From assembly GCF_009914755.1 (NCBI RefSeq), contig NC_060927.1: 64,000 nt of DNA; one strand, given 5' to 3'. This document shows, one piece after another, positions 36,958 through 54,482 of the stretch (its first letter is position 1; every line of letters starts with the position of its first letter). A program made the position numbers and the translations under genes. The notes beneath the pieces are model-generated. The model was not told the origin of the DNA. It saw only the letters and a program-made list of their open reading frames with translations, and did not search any database. This stretch comes from the human T2T-CHM13v2.0 reference genome, Homo sapiens.

Positions 36958-38427
36958 AATGATCCCCGGCCATGGGGGCTATGAGGAACAGCAGAGAAAA
37001 GTAGCAGGTGTGATAGGGGCCTGGCTCCCAGGGAGGAGCAGCACAGGTGGTGTGCTACCAGCCCCTCAGATTCTCCAAACCCAATCCTAGGCGGCCAGTG
37101 AGGAGACGGCTCTGGCCTAGATGCTAGGGGGATCCAAACACAGACATATGGACAACTTTTCTCATAAACTTGTGTAGGCACAAGTTGAAGAAAATTATAT
37201 TCTTCAACATTAGACAAGGTTCCAGAAATTTCATTTGATGACCCCAAAACAGATTCAGAAAGCTATCACCTTTGATTGGATAAGGGTGATTATATTTTCA
37301 TCAGTGGCCACACCAGGCAGTCATTCAACTCCAACTTTGAATTTTATGTGTCCACTTTAATCATTTATGCTTCTCACCCAGAAATTCCCAAATAACACTC
37401 TCCAATGGAAATTTCTGAAGCGTACGATAACACAAAGGAAATAACCAGGAGCATCACAAACCACAGAACGGTTTTGATTTACAAGTCATTAGAAGCAAGA
37501 GGCATTTACTGTTCTTTGCAGGCCAAAAGGGACTGCATCATGAATAATGGAAAAAGCAAAATGCATTAAGAACTCTTCGGCAGATAATGTTATAATGTTC
37601 TCTCCAGGCCACGCAGAAGGTACATTTATTGAGGACTTTCCATGTGCCAGGCACATGTCAATACATACAGGGTAGCAGCCCAGTCTTTAAGGGATAAAAT
37701 CAAGCAAGTCCACCCCATTTTGCTTCAAGAGGTAGTTTCTGGATCATTATCTTCTGACTCTCAAACCAGTGATTTGGTACCACAAGCAGATCAAGAGCTA
37801 GGAATATCAGAAACAACCCAAAGCTCAGGTCTTATTCTTTTTATTTTTCTTAAAGACAACTCTGGTATACGCCTATTCCGTCCTGATTTCTGTAAATATT
37901 AACAAACCAAGAAGAAAGCATCTGGCAGAAAACAGGCTCTAGCATTTTGTAGAAAAAAAAGAAATAAACCAAGAGCGAAACTACCACAGCCCTTAATTCC
38001 ACAATGAGGAGGCACCAATAATGCCCCATTATAAAGCTGCAATCTCTAAATCCCACTCAATACCTTTTGGTCCAAACAGCAGGCATTTTCTATTCTCTTT
38101 AATTTGCATTATGTGTGTCCATTTTTCTAGCCACAGTGACACAGGATATTAAAAGAAGGTTTCCCTGTACTTTTACTCAAATGTGAAATGATACTCAGGA
38201 TGTAAGAGGGTAATTGCAGCAATTCATATTTTTTTCACATTATTCCGCTGCCATAAACCCCAAATGAGGCTCACTATGTCCTCTGCTTTAAAAACTGTCA
38301 CATTATCATGCTCTGCTTTGTCCTGCTCTCAAATGCTTCATTCAGTGAAAACTTCCAGGGGAAATTTGTGAGACAGCTGTAATCATCCTGGGGTAATGCA
38401 AACGGTATGTAGTAGCACTGTTAATAA

Positions 38428-38878
<451 letters not shown>

Positions 38879-39789
38879 CCAGAATTTCCATTTCTGTAGC
38901 ATAAAATAACACCATGATGACTTTCCAAGCTAGGTTTTCTGTCACTTTAGAGAATTTGTCAATTTAGAGATTTTGACAGAATTCTCTACTCCTGAACACA
39001 TCTTCATCCCGTTTTCATAAAACAGGATCATGAAACGCATCCTTCATATGAGTTTCAAAAGTTTCAGAACAACTGAGAGTATGTAACACTTTATTGGAAA
39101 TTGATATTTAACTGAATATTTTATCATGCTACACTTAATCCAATGTCTTTGAATTTCTTTTAAAAACTTTTCTGTCATTAAGTGTTTCATTTTCAAGGAA
39201 CAAACGAATTGTTTTTTTCAACTTGACAAGTATCCTGCATAAAACTGCATTAAAAACCAGTAACATCAGACCCGGGATGGGGACGGAAGGTCCAAATCAG
39301 AACCTCCATGGAATGCATCTCTACATATTTTCACATCTGTTTTCAAGCAAGGAGCAAGACCAGCAAGAAAGTGAGGGTAGGAAAACTACCTCTTCACATG
39401 GTGCATTTCTCTTAATAAGAGGACTGCTAGAGTCTTGCTAGATGATGTTTCCAGGAAGGATAAATGTATATATCAGTTAGTGTACATTCCCATAGCTGCT
39501 GTTCATCCCTACAAAACAGCCCACATGTAGAATCACCTGCTGGCTCATTCCAGTGGGTGTTCCTGGACAGCAACACATAAAATCCGGGAGCTGAATTTTA
39601 AACTAATGCTAAATTATAAAAGGATGTAAGGGGAATCTGACTCTCAAAACGATTCAAGCTAAGGGATCTTCATGAGAAAAAATTTTACAGTGGGGACGTA
39701 ATCATGTTTGTTGTTACTGCTTCTTACCTCAAAAAATGCACCCAAAAGGTGGAAAAATACTTACTCCACATTATTAAAAATTCACTGGC

Positions 39790-40700
39790 TTTGTATATTA
39801 AAAGAATTCTTAGAAAACATTAATTAGGAAGTCCAGTAACCCAATTGAAAAATATGCAAAGACTATGAACAAGATGTTAAAGACAAAAGAAATACAAACG
39901 GCTAATAAATATGTGAAAATATGCTTAACTTCATACATAATTATAAAAAAGGAAATTAAAAACAAGATACCATTAATCTTAAAAATAAAGTGGAAATAAA
40001 ATAAGAGCTTGACATTCATTTCTTAATGGTGACAGACAGGATAATAGCAACCCTCACACAATGCTGAGAAAGTATACATTTGGCTTAATCTTGGAGGGCA
40101 ATGTAGTAATACTTATCAAAATTTAAATTCCCACATTTGTTAACTGAATTTCCCTTAAATTCCACTGCCGGAAAGTTTCCCTATATAAGATATATTTCTG
40201 TAAGTGTACACAATATATGTAGAGGACAATTTATAATAATGAAAAACTGGACAACCTAAATGCCACTCCTAGGGTCCAGTTAAATAAATTCCTTGTTAAA
40301 TAAAATATAATACATAACTCCATAAATTATGATATATTCATAGACTGGAATGGCTTTGTAGCTGTTCAAAAGAATGCAAACAATCTCTACGTACTGACAA
40401 GGGAAGATACCTAAGATATATTGTCTAATTGACAATTGAAAAGCCATAGAACATTACTCATACTGTGATTCCACTGGTATAAAAAAAGTTAAAGAACATA
40501 TATATATATTATATATATTTTATATATTATATGTATATGTTTGCTGTAAAAACAAATTTCCCATAAAAGACACACAGTAGCTCCTTCTAAGGAGGTGGCA
40601 TCAAAAGGAAATACAGGGTTTTTACTTCTGACTTTCTACAGGTTTCTACTGTATTTTTTAATGCAATAATTATGCTGTTTTACAATAATTTTAAAAACCC
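39790..40700 (+). mobile_element. Old L1ME-type fragment (ORF2 end and 3' UTR)
   Basis: aacccaattgaaaaatatgcaaagactatgaacaag...aaatacaaacggctaataaatatgtgaaa, typical L1M. Confidence 0.7.
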
Positions 40701-40989
40701 TCCTCCTACTACTGCCAAAGCATGAACTGTAGAAACTGTAAAAAATGAGACATCATAGTTTCATGTCCGGCTTAATTCTGAGGCTCTTGGGAGATACAGG
40801 GAGGAAGGGAGGGGCAATGGCAGGGGCAGCCTGGGAAAAGCAAGTTTGAAAAGGCTTCACTGTGTATAAAAAGCAAAGCCAGGCATTTCTTTTCCAATAA
40901 TGAGTCCAGCTGAGCTGACTGCTTTCCTCAACAGGAGCAATAGAACAACTTGCTTAATTTCCACCAGCCAGAGGTTGAGCCTAGTTTTA

Positions 40990-41808
<819 letters not shown>

Positions 41809-43987
41809 ACCTACTTATATTTCCTTTATTTCTGTATACACAGACTTCCTCTGATGCACAAACCTGGGATGTGCTGTGCAAATCAGCTACCTGGGCTTCC
41901 CACCTGTGGATGCTCACTGACCTGGGGCCGCACCAGGTGATTTCAGGACTTCCTCAGAGAAAACCCAGGCAAGACACCAGCAACAGAGCTACCCTGATAA
42001 TTATTAAATTAGCTCTATGTGGAGAAGCCATATTTGAATAAGTTATTAGTGGAGGTCCTTTGTAAACCATGCTCCATTATATAAATGGCAGATGTCATTA
42101 TTTATACCCAGACTACTCCTTTGGAAGACAAAAGAGAAATGAATCTTACTTAGCCTAGAATAGCATGACAACACACGTTCTTAAGTGTTTCCCAACATAC
42201 TTCATATCTACAAATAAAGATAAGCTAGGTCGGCCAAAGAACAATTTTAATAAGGACTTACTATTGAGTGCCAGGCATTGAGCTGGACATTAGCGATATA
42301 TGATCTCACATAATGTTTATAACATTTTCATCAGGACATACCATTATACAACCATTAATGATTCACATGTTTACATTCTTACATGCAATCATTGAAAGAG
42401 TTTGGGTTCAAAGTGCTTTGTCAGACTCCACAGCTGGGGCTCCAGAGAGACATCATGTTAATCCCCATCCCCCATATCATGAAACAGCTTAAAGAGACCC
42501 AAATGCTGAGGAGAAAAAAGCTTATTCACCTCATTCTCACCAACCTAGAAACGCAACAATTTAACTGCCACCCCCTCAAAATACCCTTGAGACTTAGAAA
42601 TTTTTTTTAACTCATCTTAACAGCCAAATTATCAAAAACAGAATCTCTTGTTTTCATTATGATTTTGTACCTTATGTCCAACCAATTGATTGCTCCGTCA
42701 AGGAACCTGTATTCTCAGATGATATAAACAAAAACCTGGCTTTTGTGAGGTGGAGACTGAAGTTTATAAAGGCTTCTCATAAGCCCTAGTCAGTGACCAT
42801 CAGGAGCACCTGCCCCTCATGTCTGCAGGGCACAAGAGTCATCTGCTTGAGAACCACTGATCTAGCACATCAATACCTAAAATGGGCAAGGATTTTCCCA
42901 TTATGGGAATTTCTGTATAATATTACATTCTAAATAAAGGTTTTAGCACTAAAAATTCATCATAATGGGGTTTTTAAAAGCCAGGTAAACATAAGTGTAA
43001 GTCCCTCTTGCTTCCATTTCTTTTCTCAATTCAATACATGGAATTAGCATCAATCTACTATAAGAAAAGTTCACATCCTTCAAAGGAGTAGTTTTCTCCT
43101 TGAATTACATTATATATATATATTTAAAGTCAGAATTACAAGCTGGCTCTGCATTTTAGTACATAAGCTAGGAAAAAGAAGATATTTGGAATCTGAAACA
43201 CATTTATCAAAAAATAACCGTCATTCCTGGGGGTTTCCAGGGTAACCTACAATATTAAACTCATAATGTGGGCTAAATACATTTGCTGTAAATAAAGATT
43301 TGATACTCTTACAATATTAATTTTTAAATAACTATTAACAAAGTTATATACATTTCTTATATTTTTTTTAAAGAAAAGCAGTTCTGATGAGATGATCAAG
43401 AAAAATGTGAATGGAGATTTGGAGCAATCTAAAGAGCACTCCCATGGTTTTAAGGATTGATACACTGTTCTCAACTGCATTTAATTTCATTTCCAAAAAA
43501 GTTAGAGTTTCCTTCTCCTTCGCATGGCTGTATGTCCACCACTCTTCTTATACTTATTAGTAATGTGGTCATTTAATGGGACCACTACAGCCAATAGAGA
43601 GAACTTTATGTGACATGAGGACTGTCCAGCACAGGCTTAGCTGGCTGTGGATGGTGAATGACAGAGAAAAGGATGGAGATTGGGAGGGACAGGAGCACAC
43701 TGTTATCTGAGAGAGAGAAAAGACAGTGGTGACAGAGCACCGCATGACACCCAACTCCACTGGGCACCTCATGGAGTCCACGGCCTTGGCCAGGGCTGCT
43801 CCAGTATCTTTAGGGGTGAGGAAGGCTATGGTCCCGGGGTGGCTGGGGACAGGATGGATAGCCAAACAGCTGCTGGTACAGTACTTTCAAGTATTACAGA
43901 ATGGCCATTTGAGTCCTACATCCATAAGATCTGAAAAACACTGCCAGAACTTAAAGACAATTCTATGGCTTACTCACTTGCTCTGTT

Positions 43988-43991
<4 letters not shown>

Positions 43992-44018
<27 letters not shown>

Positions 44019-44019
44019 C
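43992..44019. repeat. (AC)14 microsatellite
   Basis: Direct reading. Confidence 0.95.
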
Positions 44020-46704
44020 CCCTTTCCCTCTAGTTGCTCACATCCATCATCAGTACCAAAAAAAATTTTAAATTTACAATTATTTAGCACACAGTAAGCC
44101 CCTGCAATGCATAGAGCCATAAGCCATCTACAAAACTCAATTCAAATTACAAAAGGGATACAAGAACTCATCGATTAACTCAGGCAAAGCCCAAAGTAAA
44201 TGTGAGAAATATTTTACTCTTTTCTTCCATAACATTCTTTCTCCAAGATCATAAATCTCTGAGCGTTGACTTTCCATCTTTAGAAGGCGAGCATCATCAG
44301 GGCCAGAAAATAAATCACTTTTAGAATAGTCATTCATCGTGGGAAAATAAAAATATAAGCCAGGCAGATGGTGAAAAGCTCATTTATACTGGTATAATTT
44401 CATAGAACTAGGCAAGTGAGAAGGAAGCAAGGGAGCTGTGAAATTTAGGGCCATGTTTAGAGGGTGAGACTAAATACCCCAAACAACAGAATACTAAAAC
44501 TTTTCATACCACATCGCTACAATCTCTTCAACTCTTCACCTCTGGTTCAGATCTGACTTTTTCCCTTTGTGGCAACAAAAATGAACGGAAAAGAGAAAAG
44601 GGGAAGGAGGAGGGAAAACTCAGACTAAACACTGCAGTGCTTTAAGCCCTTTTCATTCACCAGTTTCAAAGCGCTTAATTCTTTGAGTACTGCTGCAGGA
44701 TAGGAGAGATTATACCACTCGGTGCTGAGCTTTTTTATATGGCTCCAGCTCACAGTTGGCAAATCCAAGGTGGCTACCTCCCCAGCACTCTGGTGGGTGT
44801 TTACATCACAAAGCCACACAGGCCTGGTGGGAGGGGAGAGAAGGAAGGCAATACTGTGAACACTCCTAAGGCCGCTCCCAAAGACTCTCTCAGTCCAGTG
44901 TCGAAACCCATTAAAAGCCCCAGCACATATCCTACTGGCCATAGCAAAGGCATGATTTCGGACCTTCCACTATATTCACCTCCTCTCTTATAAAAACAAC
45001 ACCCACCCAAGAAGCAAAACCTTATTATCACCCACAAAAAAGGAAGAGAGGAGGAGAAAAGCAATGGAGGAAAGAAAAAAATCCTTGAAAAACGAGCATA
45101 AGCTGAAATTAATCCCCCAAAACTGCACAGAAAAATATACTATCATGCCTTGTACTCAGACAGCTCATGAAAGCTGCCAGAAACCAAGTCCAACAAGTTC
45201 TTAAAAAATGTGTGCAGGGTTTAGGTTTGTGTGTGATGATTACGTTGTGAGTTGCTAAGATTGAGAAGGAAGGAGGGCAGAAAGATGCTGTTTTGCAAGA
45301 CAGACAGGAGGAGCTCTTAACCACAGGAGGCAGTATAGCCTATGAGATAACCATAGAAGCACATCTTCAAATTCCACGTCATCTCACAGATGGTCATCTC
45401 AATTGCTGCAGGCCATAGGTAAACCCACAGCCACACGGCACCAGGACCTACACAGTCTTAGGGTACTAACCTTGGAAACGTCACTTGGTTAAGAGACATT
45501 TCTCTTGCTTCTAATCTCATGAATACAGAATAATTATAACTATTATGAAACATGTACAGAGCTAATAAACTGGGTTATGAAAATCTGCTAAACTAAGGAA
45601 GGGCTCCATTCAATGCCCACTATATAATAAGAGCTCAATATCTGTTGAGTGAATAAAATAATTGCATAGATGAATCATCACTGTTTAACTATACTGGAAC
45701 ACAGAACGAACTAATTGAGGGAGCAGTATATTTTTAAGCATAACAACATTATGGCTCTTTCTGATTTTTAGTGAGTCCTAAGGGTCTGATAGCTAGAAGG
45801 CATATCTTCTACATTTGCCTAAAGGATGAACTACTTTCCCCCCAGACCAACAACAGCCAGAAGAGAAAAAGAAAAAACCCGGATGATCAAATCATTGTTC
45901 ATTCCTTTAGTGTGAGGATCTAAATGGAATGTCTTCAGCAGCTCTTCTAAAAGATTATAATAAGAATTCTATCCCATGATGAGAGACCCTCACACAAAAT
46001 AATTCCATGTATAACTACAACCACTTAGCACCTGTTAGATAGCAATCAAGGCCACAGATGAGGAATGAACCAATTCATAGAAGCATCTTCTGCCTGGAGA
46101 GCTCCAGGACGCTGACCATGGATGAATCTTTCATCACAGCAGCATATGTAAGTCATATGTCACTCAACAGGTTAAATTTACTTCTACTGGAACTCCCGGA
46201 AGCCACAGGGAAGAGCACAGAACAGAGATGAGAACGAGAAGGAAGCATGCCCTTTAGTCATGAATACTACCAATGAACCTCATCGTTCACATTCATTCAT
46301 TACGTACTTAAGAGTATCTGCTACATGCATCGTACTTTCCTAAATACTCTGGAGTTTCCAGAGAAGAATCACACATGGTGTCTTCCCTCAAAGAATTAAG
46401 TCTATGAGATGAAACTGCCAGGTCAGAAAAGTCTTGTGGGGCTGAAGATGACCACTACATGAAGAAAACCTGCTTGGGGTACATCGGGGTATAGCAGACA
46501 CAATCTATTATGACCCAAAAGCCAATACTGTATTTTCTCTTGCTGACAAAAGCCCAGTTCTGGTCTCTCTGGGATCTGAGATCCCTTTGATCTCAGGTAA
46601 GGCACACTCCACAGCCGGGGAGGGTGACTCATGAAAATCCAGTGACCCACCACCAGTTACAGGACTTGGAGTAGGTATGTGATCTAGTTCTGGCTGTGAG
46701 ATAA

Positions 46705-47060
<356 letters not shown>

Positions 47061-47224
47061 TCAGAAAGTATCTTGAGAAGAGCTCCCATCCTTTCTTTTA
47101 AAGGATATGTCATGAGGATGCAATATTTGGGACTACAGCTATGATGCTGCCACAATGAAGTGACAAGCATAAGGATAAACAGGAGGAGGAATGGAAGAAA
47201 CTTGTATCTTTGAGGCCATCATGA

Positions 47225-47583
<359 letters not shown>

Positions 47584-48959
47584 TAAATTTATTACTATTT
47601 GAGCTATTAATTGTAGGGTTTCCTGTTATTTGCATCTGAAAGAATCCTATCCAATATAGGAGATAGTGTAGTATGAAGGAAAGAGCACTAGCTTGGGAGA
47701 AAGGAAGTCCACATATCAATTTTGCGTCAACCTAAGTTCTGTGATGCTTGGCAAGTTAAACAACCACTCGAGTTTGAGGAATGGCCATTTGACTCCTAAA
47801 GACTATTCTAAGATTTAGTGAATCAAAGGTCATGATTCAAAGGAAAAAAAAAAAAGGTCTATTCTACAGATTCTTGGAAGGAGATGTAGTCTGTTTGATG
47901 ATGAGAGATGAGGAATGGAGTGGGGAAGGATAATCCTATCACCCACGAAATTTACTTATAACAAATTTTAAACTTGATCAATGATATTTCCTATGCAGCA
48001 ACCATTTGGAGTTAAACTCTGTGAGGTTATCACAGGATTCAATAAAGTGATTTTCAATCATCATAAGTCAGTGATAGCTATACCTCACTCTTCAAACTGT
48101 TGACCACAAATAAATATGTGCCACCTGTTTCAAACAAACTTATAAGATTGAAACTTTAAAATAATTATTTAAAGGATCAAAACAACATATTAACCTTGTT
48201 CATCTCTAAAAATCTATCACCATCCCACACCGGATACATCCCCAACCAACATCTACCTATACCTTTATGTATCATGGGGATGAAAAATTTAAAAAAATGA
48301 TAAAAATGTGTTGAGGGGATTGTACTGGCCAGGCTTCAAGCTGAACATCAGAGGATTTCAGATGGACAGCTTTATGGCTTGTTAAGTAGTTCAAAAGTTC
48401 AGTGCTATAATGACCATTCAATCAAAAGCATGAAAATTCTTGACGCAGAACTCAGCTAAATCTTTTATATCAGTCTCCTTCCCTTATTCTTAAAACAATT
48501 TTTCTTCTTTTGGGAAAGGATGATTAGGACATGTTTACTTGAAAATTCAATTATGCAATTTTTTAACCAAAGTCCATTTAGCTAACTTATATGCTGATAT
48601 AGTACTCAGTACATAAAGATATTATAAGTTTTTCTACGCCTGCTAGATTTGTGGTGGTATAGGGTATGTGGTCTCTTGATAGCATTGTTGCCACTGTAAT
48701 CCAGATGACTAACTAGGCAAAGCTGCTAACTGAGACAGTCAACACAGGGGTTGATAGGAGTTGACAGTATGCTATTGAGGAACAGGCTTAAAAACCCTCT
48801 GCTTAGTCTCCAGGGGTGGGACTGATAGTCCTGATTGTCCTAAGGCCAGGGGTAGGTATCTGGCACCAGATATTTACCCTCAAATAATTAACACAACATT
48901 ATTTTTCATTGCTCCCCCTTTCCATTTTACCCATAAAAAATATGAGAAATTTAAAGTTA

Positions 48960-49612
48960 TCAAATGCTCTTCAACTAGTAAACGGATAATCTGTAGATCC
49001 CATACATACTATTCAATGCAAAAGGAATGCAAAAGGAATGCCTTAGAATGATTCACATAACATGGATGAATCTCAAATGCATTATGCTATGTGAAAGAAG
49101 CCCTCCTGCATGATTCCATATATATATGACATTCCGGGAAAGACAAAACTATAGGGACAAATAACAGATCAATGGTTGCCAAGGGCTGGGGGACAGATTT
49201 GATTATAAAGGGGCATGAGGGAATCTGGGGGCAATAGAACTGTTCTATACAGGTTGAGTATCCCTCACCTGAAATGCCTGGGAGAAAAAGTGTTTTGGAT
49301 TTTGAATTTTTTTGGAAGTTGGAAGTTTTGCATTATACCGGTTGAGCATCCCAAATCCAAAAATCTGAAATCCAAAATACTCCAAGGAGCATTTCCTTTG
49401 AGTGTCATGTCGGCCTTTAAAAAGTTTTGGATTTGGGAGCATTTTAGATTTTGAATTAGGGATTCAGATTTAATTCAGATCTAATTCAGATTTTGAATTA
49501 GATTTGGATTAGGGATACTACTTTGATTTGTTAAAACTGAGAACCTTGCATTTTAAAATGGTGAATTATATTGTTTGTGAATTACGCCTCAATAAACCTG
49601 ACTTTTAAAAAA
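48960..49612 (+). mobile_element. L1M 3' fragment containing a Tigger4 insertion
   Basis: acatggatgaatctcaaatgcattatgctatgtgaaagaagcc...tacgcctcaataaacctgactt. Confidence 0.75.
49250..49520 (+). mobile_element. Tigger4-type (MER46) Tc/mariner MITE
   Basis: TA|caggttgagtatccct TIR, internal ggttgagcatcccaaatccaaaaatctgaaatcc; right TIR incomplete. Confidence 0.8.
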
Positions 49613-49873
49613 CAGTTAAGGTTTTGTTGCTCAGATATGTCCTCTAGAAGGTGAGTGTACATGGTCACGTGTGAGCTCTGTCATTCAGGATGGGTTTATC
49701 TCATTGCCCTGGGCTCTCCTGTTCCCTCCTGTGCCAAGAGCCCAACCAGTCACAGTGGGTGCAGAAACAGAAACCACTCCAGGTGTTACAGTCAGAAAGG
49801 AATTTGATATGGGAATTAGGTGCCTGTAGAATTATTAAAAAGGCTGGAGGAGCAGACATCAGGGGCCCCTTAG

Positions 49874-50169
<296 letters not shown>

Positions 50170-50511
50170 GGCACCTTAGACTTTTAAGTTCAAGGTCACA
50201 ACATTGTAGGTGGCCGTGATTCAGAGGTCAGGAAGCTGCTGCTGTTGCCACAACAGATTCCCGCACCCAGGTAGGTGGGACTAAGGCCTGGAACTCTAAG
50301 TGTGGCCACCACAACACCACAACTGCCTCTAAACACTCCAACCTCCATGCCACTGCCTGCCAGCAGCACGAGCAGGAGGAACTTGGTCTCCAAATCTCAC
50401 ACAAATGCATCTCCCAGTAACGTGTTCAGAACTCCAACTGTAAGAAAGTCTGGGACATGTAGCTGTTTCCAATCTCTCCAATCGAGAAAGTGGAAAGAAA
50501 GTTAAGAGAGT

Positions 50512-50825
50512 GGCCGGGCACGGTGGCTCACGCCTGTAATCCCAACACTTTGGGAGGTCAAGGCAGGCAGATCACGAGGTCAGGAGATCGAGATCATGCT
50601 GACCAACATGGTGAAACCCCGTCTCTACTAAAGATACAAAAATTAGCTGAGTGTGATGGCGCCTGCCTGTAATCCCAGCTACTCAGGAGGCTGAGGCATG
50701 AGAATCGCTTGAACCCGGGAGGCGGAGGTTGCAGTGAGCTGAGATCGATCGCGCCACTGTACTCCAGCCTGGCCACAGAGCAAAAAAAAAATCTCCAAAA
50801 AAAGGGGGAAAAAAAAAAAGAAAAA
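50512..50825 (+). mobile_element. AluS-like
   Basis: TSD aaagttaagagag/aaagtcaagagag. Confidence 0.9.
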
Positions 50826-51915
50826 GTCAAGAGAGCTTGGTCCACAGTCTCTACTCCAATCACCATCCTTCTTGTCCTAAAGTAAGGCATACATGATGAA
50901 GCGACACACGGAAAACCTTTTTCTATCTTGATTTACATTTCAGATGGTGTTTTTTGTTGAAAAAATTGTTTTACTAATAGGTAAAACCAAGATCCTAACT
51001 CATTTCATTATAGAAGAATATTTCATTTTCACATTTAGTTAGTTCTAGCCCCAGCAGAATAAAATTCTAAGATCACTACATTTTATAACAGAGCCGACCA
51101 CAGCTCTCTTCTAACTCACGTATTAAATATGTACAGCTCTTTGAGCTTTTATTCTGCAGGGAATTAAACAGACTAAGCTTCAAAATGCGTTACTGTTTCA
51201 GATGTAGGTTATTTTATGGGAAGCCAGAACCAGCAGAGGGGAGCTACCTTTGGTACCCCACTTATCCCCCCAAAGACCTAACATGTTCTAAACGGTAAAC
51301 CAGAAGACAATAGTTAATTTAGTTACACGACCATAATAACCACAATTCTGAAAGTTAGTTTCCCAATGATCACTCACATAAGTAACTATATCCTCTAGAT
51401 CAAAAGCATTAAGGACCTGCTCATAAGGCATTCTTAACCTTTAGGAATTTCACTTCATTCTATATAGAAGTTATTCCTCCACAATGTACAGAAAGGAGGC
51501 AACAGCAACATTTTTTTTTCTGACAGAAAAACTATTGTGTGGATGTCGCTAGTTTTTTTAACTATTAAGACAAAAAATGTGGCAAAGCACAATGGCCTAA
51601 GAAGAAAAATAGTGTCCAAGCTCTACTAGCTGTTTGGGTTTTGAGAATCATCTGCCGTAGCACTCACTAGAAAAAATGAGGGGAGTCTTTGCCAAAGAAT
51701 TCTAACTCTCCCTTCTCAGAAAACCACCAAAACACCAAAACACCATTCTACTCCATAAGACTTTCCCTACTACATGGAATCAAACAAAATCTTAACTTGC
51801 TCTGACAAAACAATTAAGGGCAAAAATGACAACTAGAAATTAATGACTGTCTCTACTTTAATGAAAAAAGCTCTGGCTAGTTCTTCTTCTTCAGGATGTA
51901 TTTTTTTAAAGTTGA

Positions 51916-52237
<322 letters not shown>

Positions 52238-53704
52238 AGGAGTTAGTTATTTCTCACAGATAATCGTATGCTAATTTTTTTTGCCAATGCTACTGACTGG
52301 TGAGGCAAAGTGGGCAACAACTTTGTGTAAAAAACAACAGACCTGGCCTCAAACCTTGGGGGTCAGAGGGAACACCTATCAGAAAAACAGAGAAGAAACA
52401 CTAAGGAGGATTTACAAAGTCAGAAATAGCATGAGCCATAATAAGTAAGTTGATTATGTGATAGCCCCAGTTAGGTTTTGCCCAAGAATGCTGCTAGAAA
52501 TAAGGATCTAAAAAATGATTACTAAAGATCTAATAACTCACTTCTCTACCACTCACACGGTTGCCAACTTACCTTCTGATTCACTTACACATCAGCTGCA
52601 TGAGTTTCTTGACCCTGAAACTCCTTGTACATACAGAGCAAATGCCTTTCAAAAATCCACAGCCACTATTCACTTCACACCCTTCTAACACCCCTTAAAG
52701 ATGCCGATGAAATATTTGTAGGCAGGCTAATCTGACTTTATAAGAGTTATGCTACATCACTGTCCGAGAATATAATCCTATGCTGCTTGGAGAAAAATTT
52801 CCATTGATAACCAAAACCATTTGATCAAAGACACTGCCTTGGGGCTTTCAACCTTATCAAATAGATTTTGTAAGTGTTCTACAATTTTCAGGCTAAAATG
52901 ATTTCAATGGAAACTAAGAACAACCTCTAATGCATGGTTAAAGGAGGCCTCCGCCAGTTCAAGAGACTATATCAAGACTATATCATGTGCATCAAAAGAA
53001 CAAGAAAAACAAAAATGGACTCAGGACACAAAATAAAATTGACAAAAGGAAACACTGCATTTGGCTCCCCTCCAGCGGCCACTTAGAGGCAGAAATAGGA
53101 GAGCCAGGCTGCGGGCAGATGACAGAGAGTCCATGAAGCCTGTTGGAGCCTGGCTGATCACCAGGATCTGCAAGGACTGCTCTCCTGACGAGGCAGTGCA
53201 TATCCTCGGCAGCCTGAACCTGGGCTGCAGCTCAATGCCCAAGAGGAGTGTTGGCCATGGCCCCACAGATCCCGGCCTGGCTCAGGAGCATGCAGGAGTC
53301 GAGCATGTGAGGCAAGAGCTTGTATCAGCAGGAACCACACGAAGAAGCCATTATTCAGGGGAGCGACATAATATATTGTAACTGCTCCCATCATGTCAAT
53401 AGGCATCATGTTAACGGGTCTGTTCGAATTTCTCCCACTTGAAGTTAAAGTGACTCCCATTTCAATGAAAATAGGAGATTCCTCATTCGTAGGATCACAA
53501 TTCACCCACAGCAGCTGCCAGACACAAGAACATGAGAAGTGCCGGGCATGCACATAGCTGATTTTGTCTCTCCAGGCAATTCTTCCATTTTTTAATTTGT
53601 CTCCTCTTAAAACAAAGAGATGAGCAAGTTACAAATATAATTACTATATTTCTGAACAAGCGATAACACAAGCCATGAATGCACTGAGAGGACTGCACGC
53701 TTAC

Positions 53705-53859
53705 CTCTGGCTCTGGCTGTGAGGTTTGTTCGTCTTCAGCAGAGTTTGGTAAAATTGCCCAGGTTATGTTGGCACTGGCTGATGGCAAAGAGCCAAGTGT
53801 CCCATTTTTCAGCTGCTCTGTGGAATGTGACTTGGACCCGTGCCATCCCAGGATGTTTT
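53705..53859 (-). CDS. OSBPL10: OSBPL10 internal coding exon (about exon 6), 155 nt, phase 1 to 0; linker between the PH/coiled-coil region and the ORD
   Basis: Acceptor ctttatttcag|AA, donor GAG|gtaagc. Translates (E)[51 protein letters not shown], matching my recollection of human ORP10. Joins in frame to the 22961 exon. Confidence 0.95.
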
Positions 53860-54048
53860 CTGAAATAAAGACCTAGAATGATGCCAAGTATTTTCCAAAT
53901 TAAACATTTATAGCTCATGAAATATTCGTACTCACTGTATGAAGAGACCTACTTGAAAAGGGCATGAGGTAAAACACAGAGGGCTTGTTTTGAATGAAGT
54001 ACCAAGTGCAGATTCTGATCATCTGTTGATGAACTAGTTTCTGTATAA

Positions 54049-54482
<434 letters not shown>

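Noticed and set aside
47825-47859. aaaggtc...A12...ggtc as a second micro-insertion
   Set aside because: Apparent TSD only 7 bp and body about 12 nt; not distinguishable from chance
53075-53095. CTCF-like cggccacttagaggcag
   Set aside because: Spacing breaks the core AG positions; poor match
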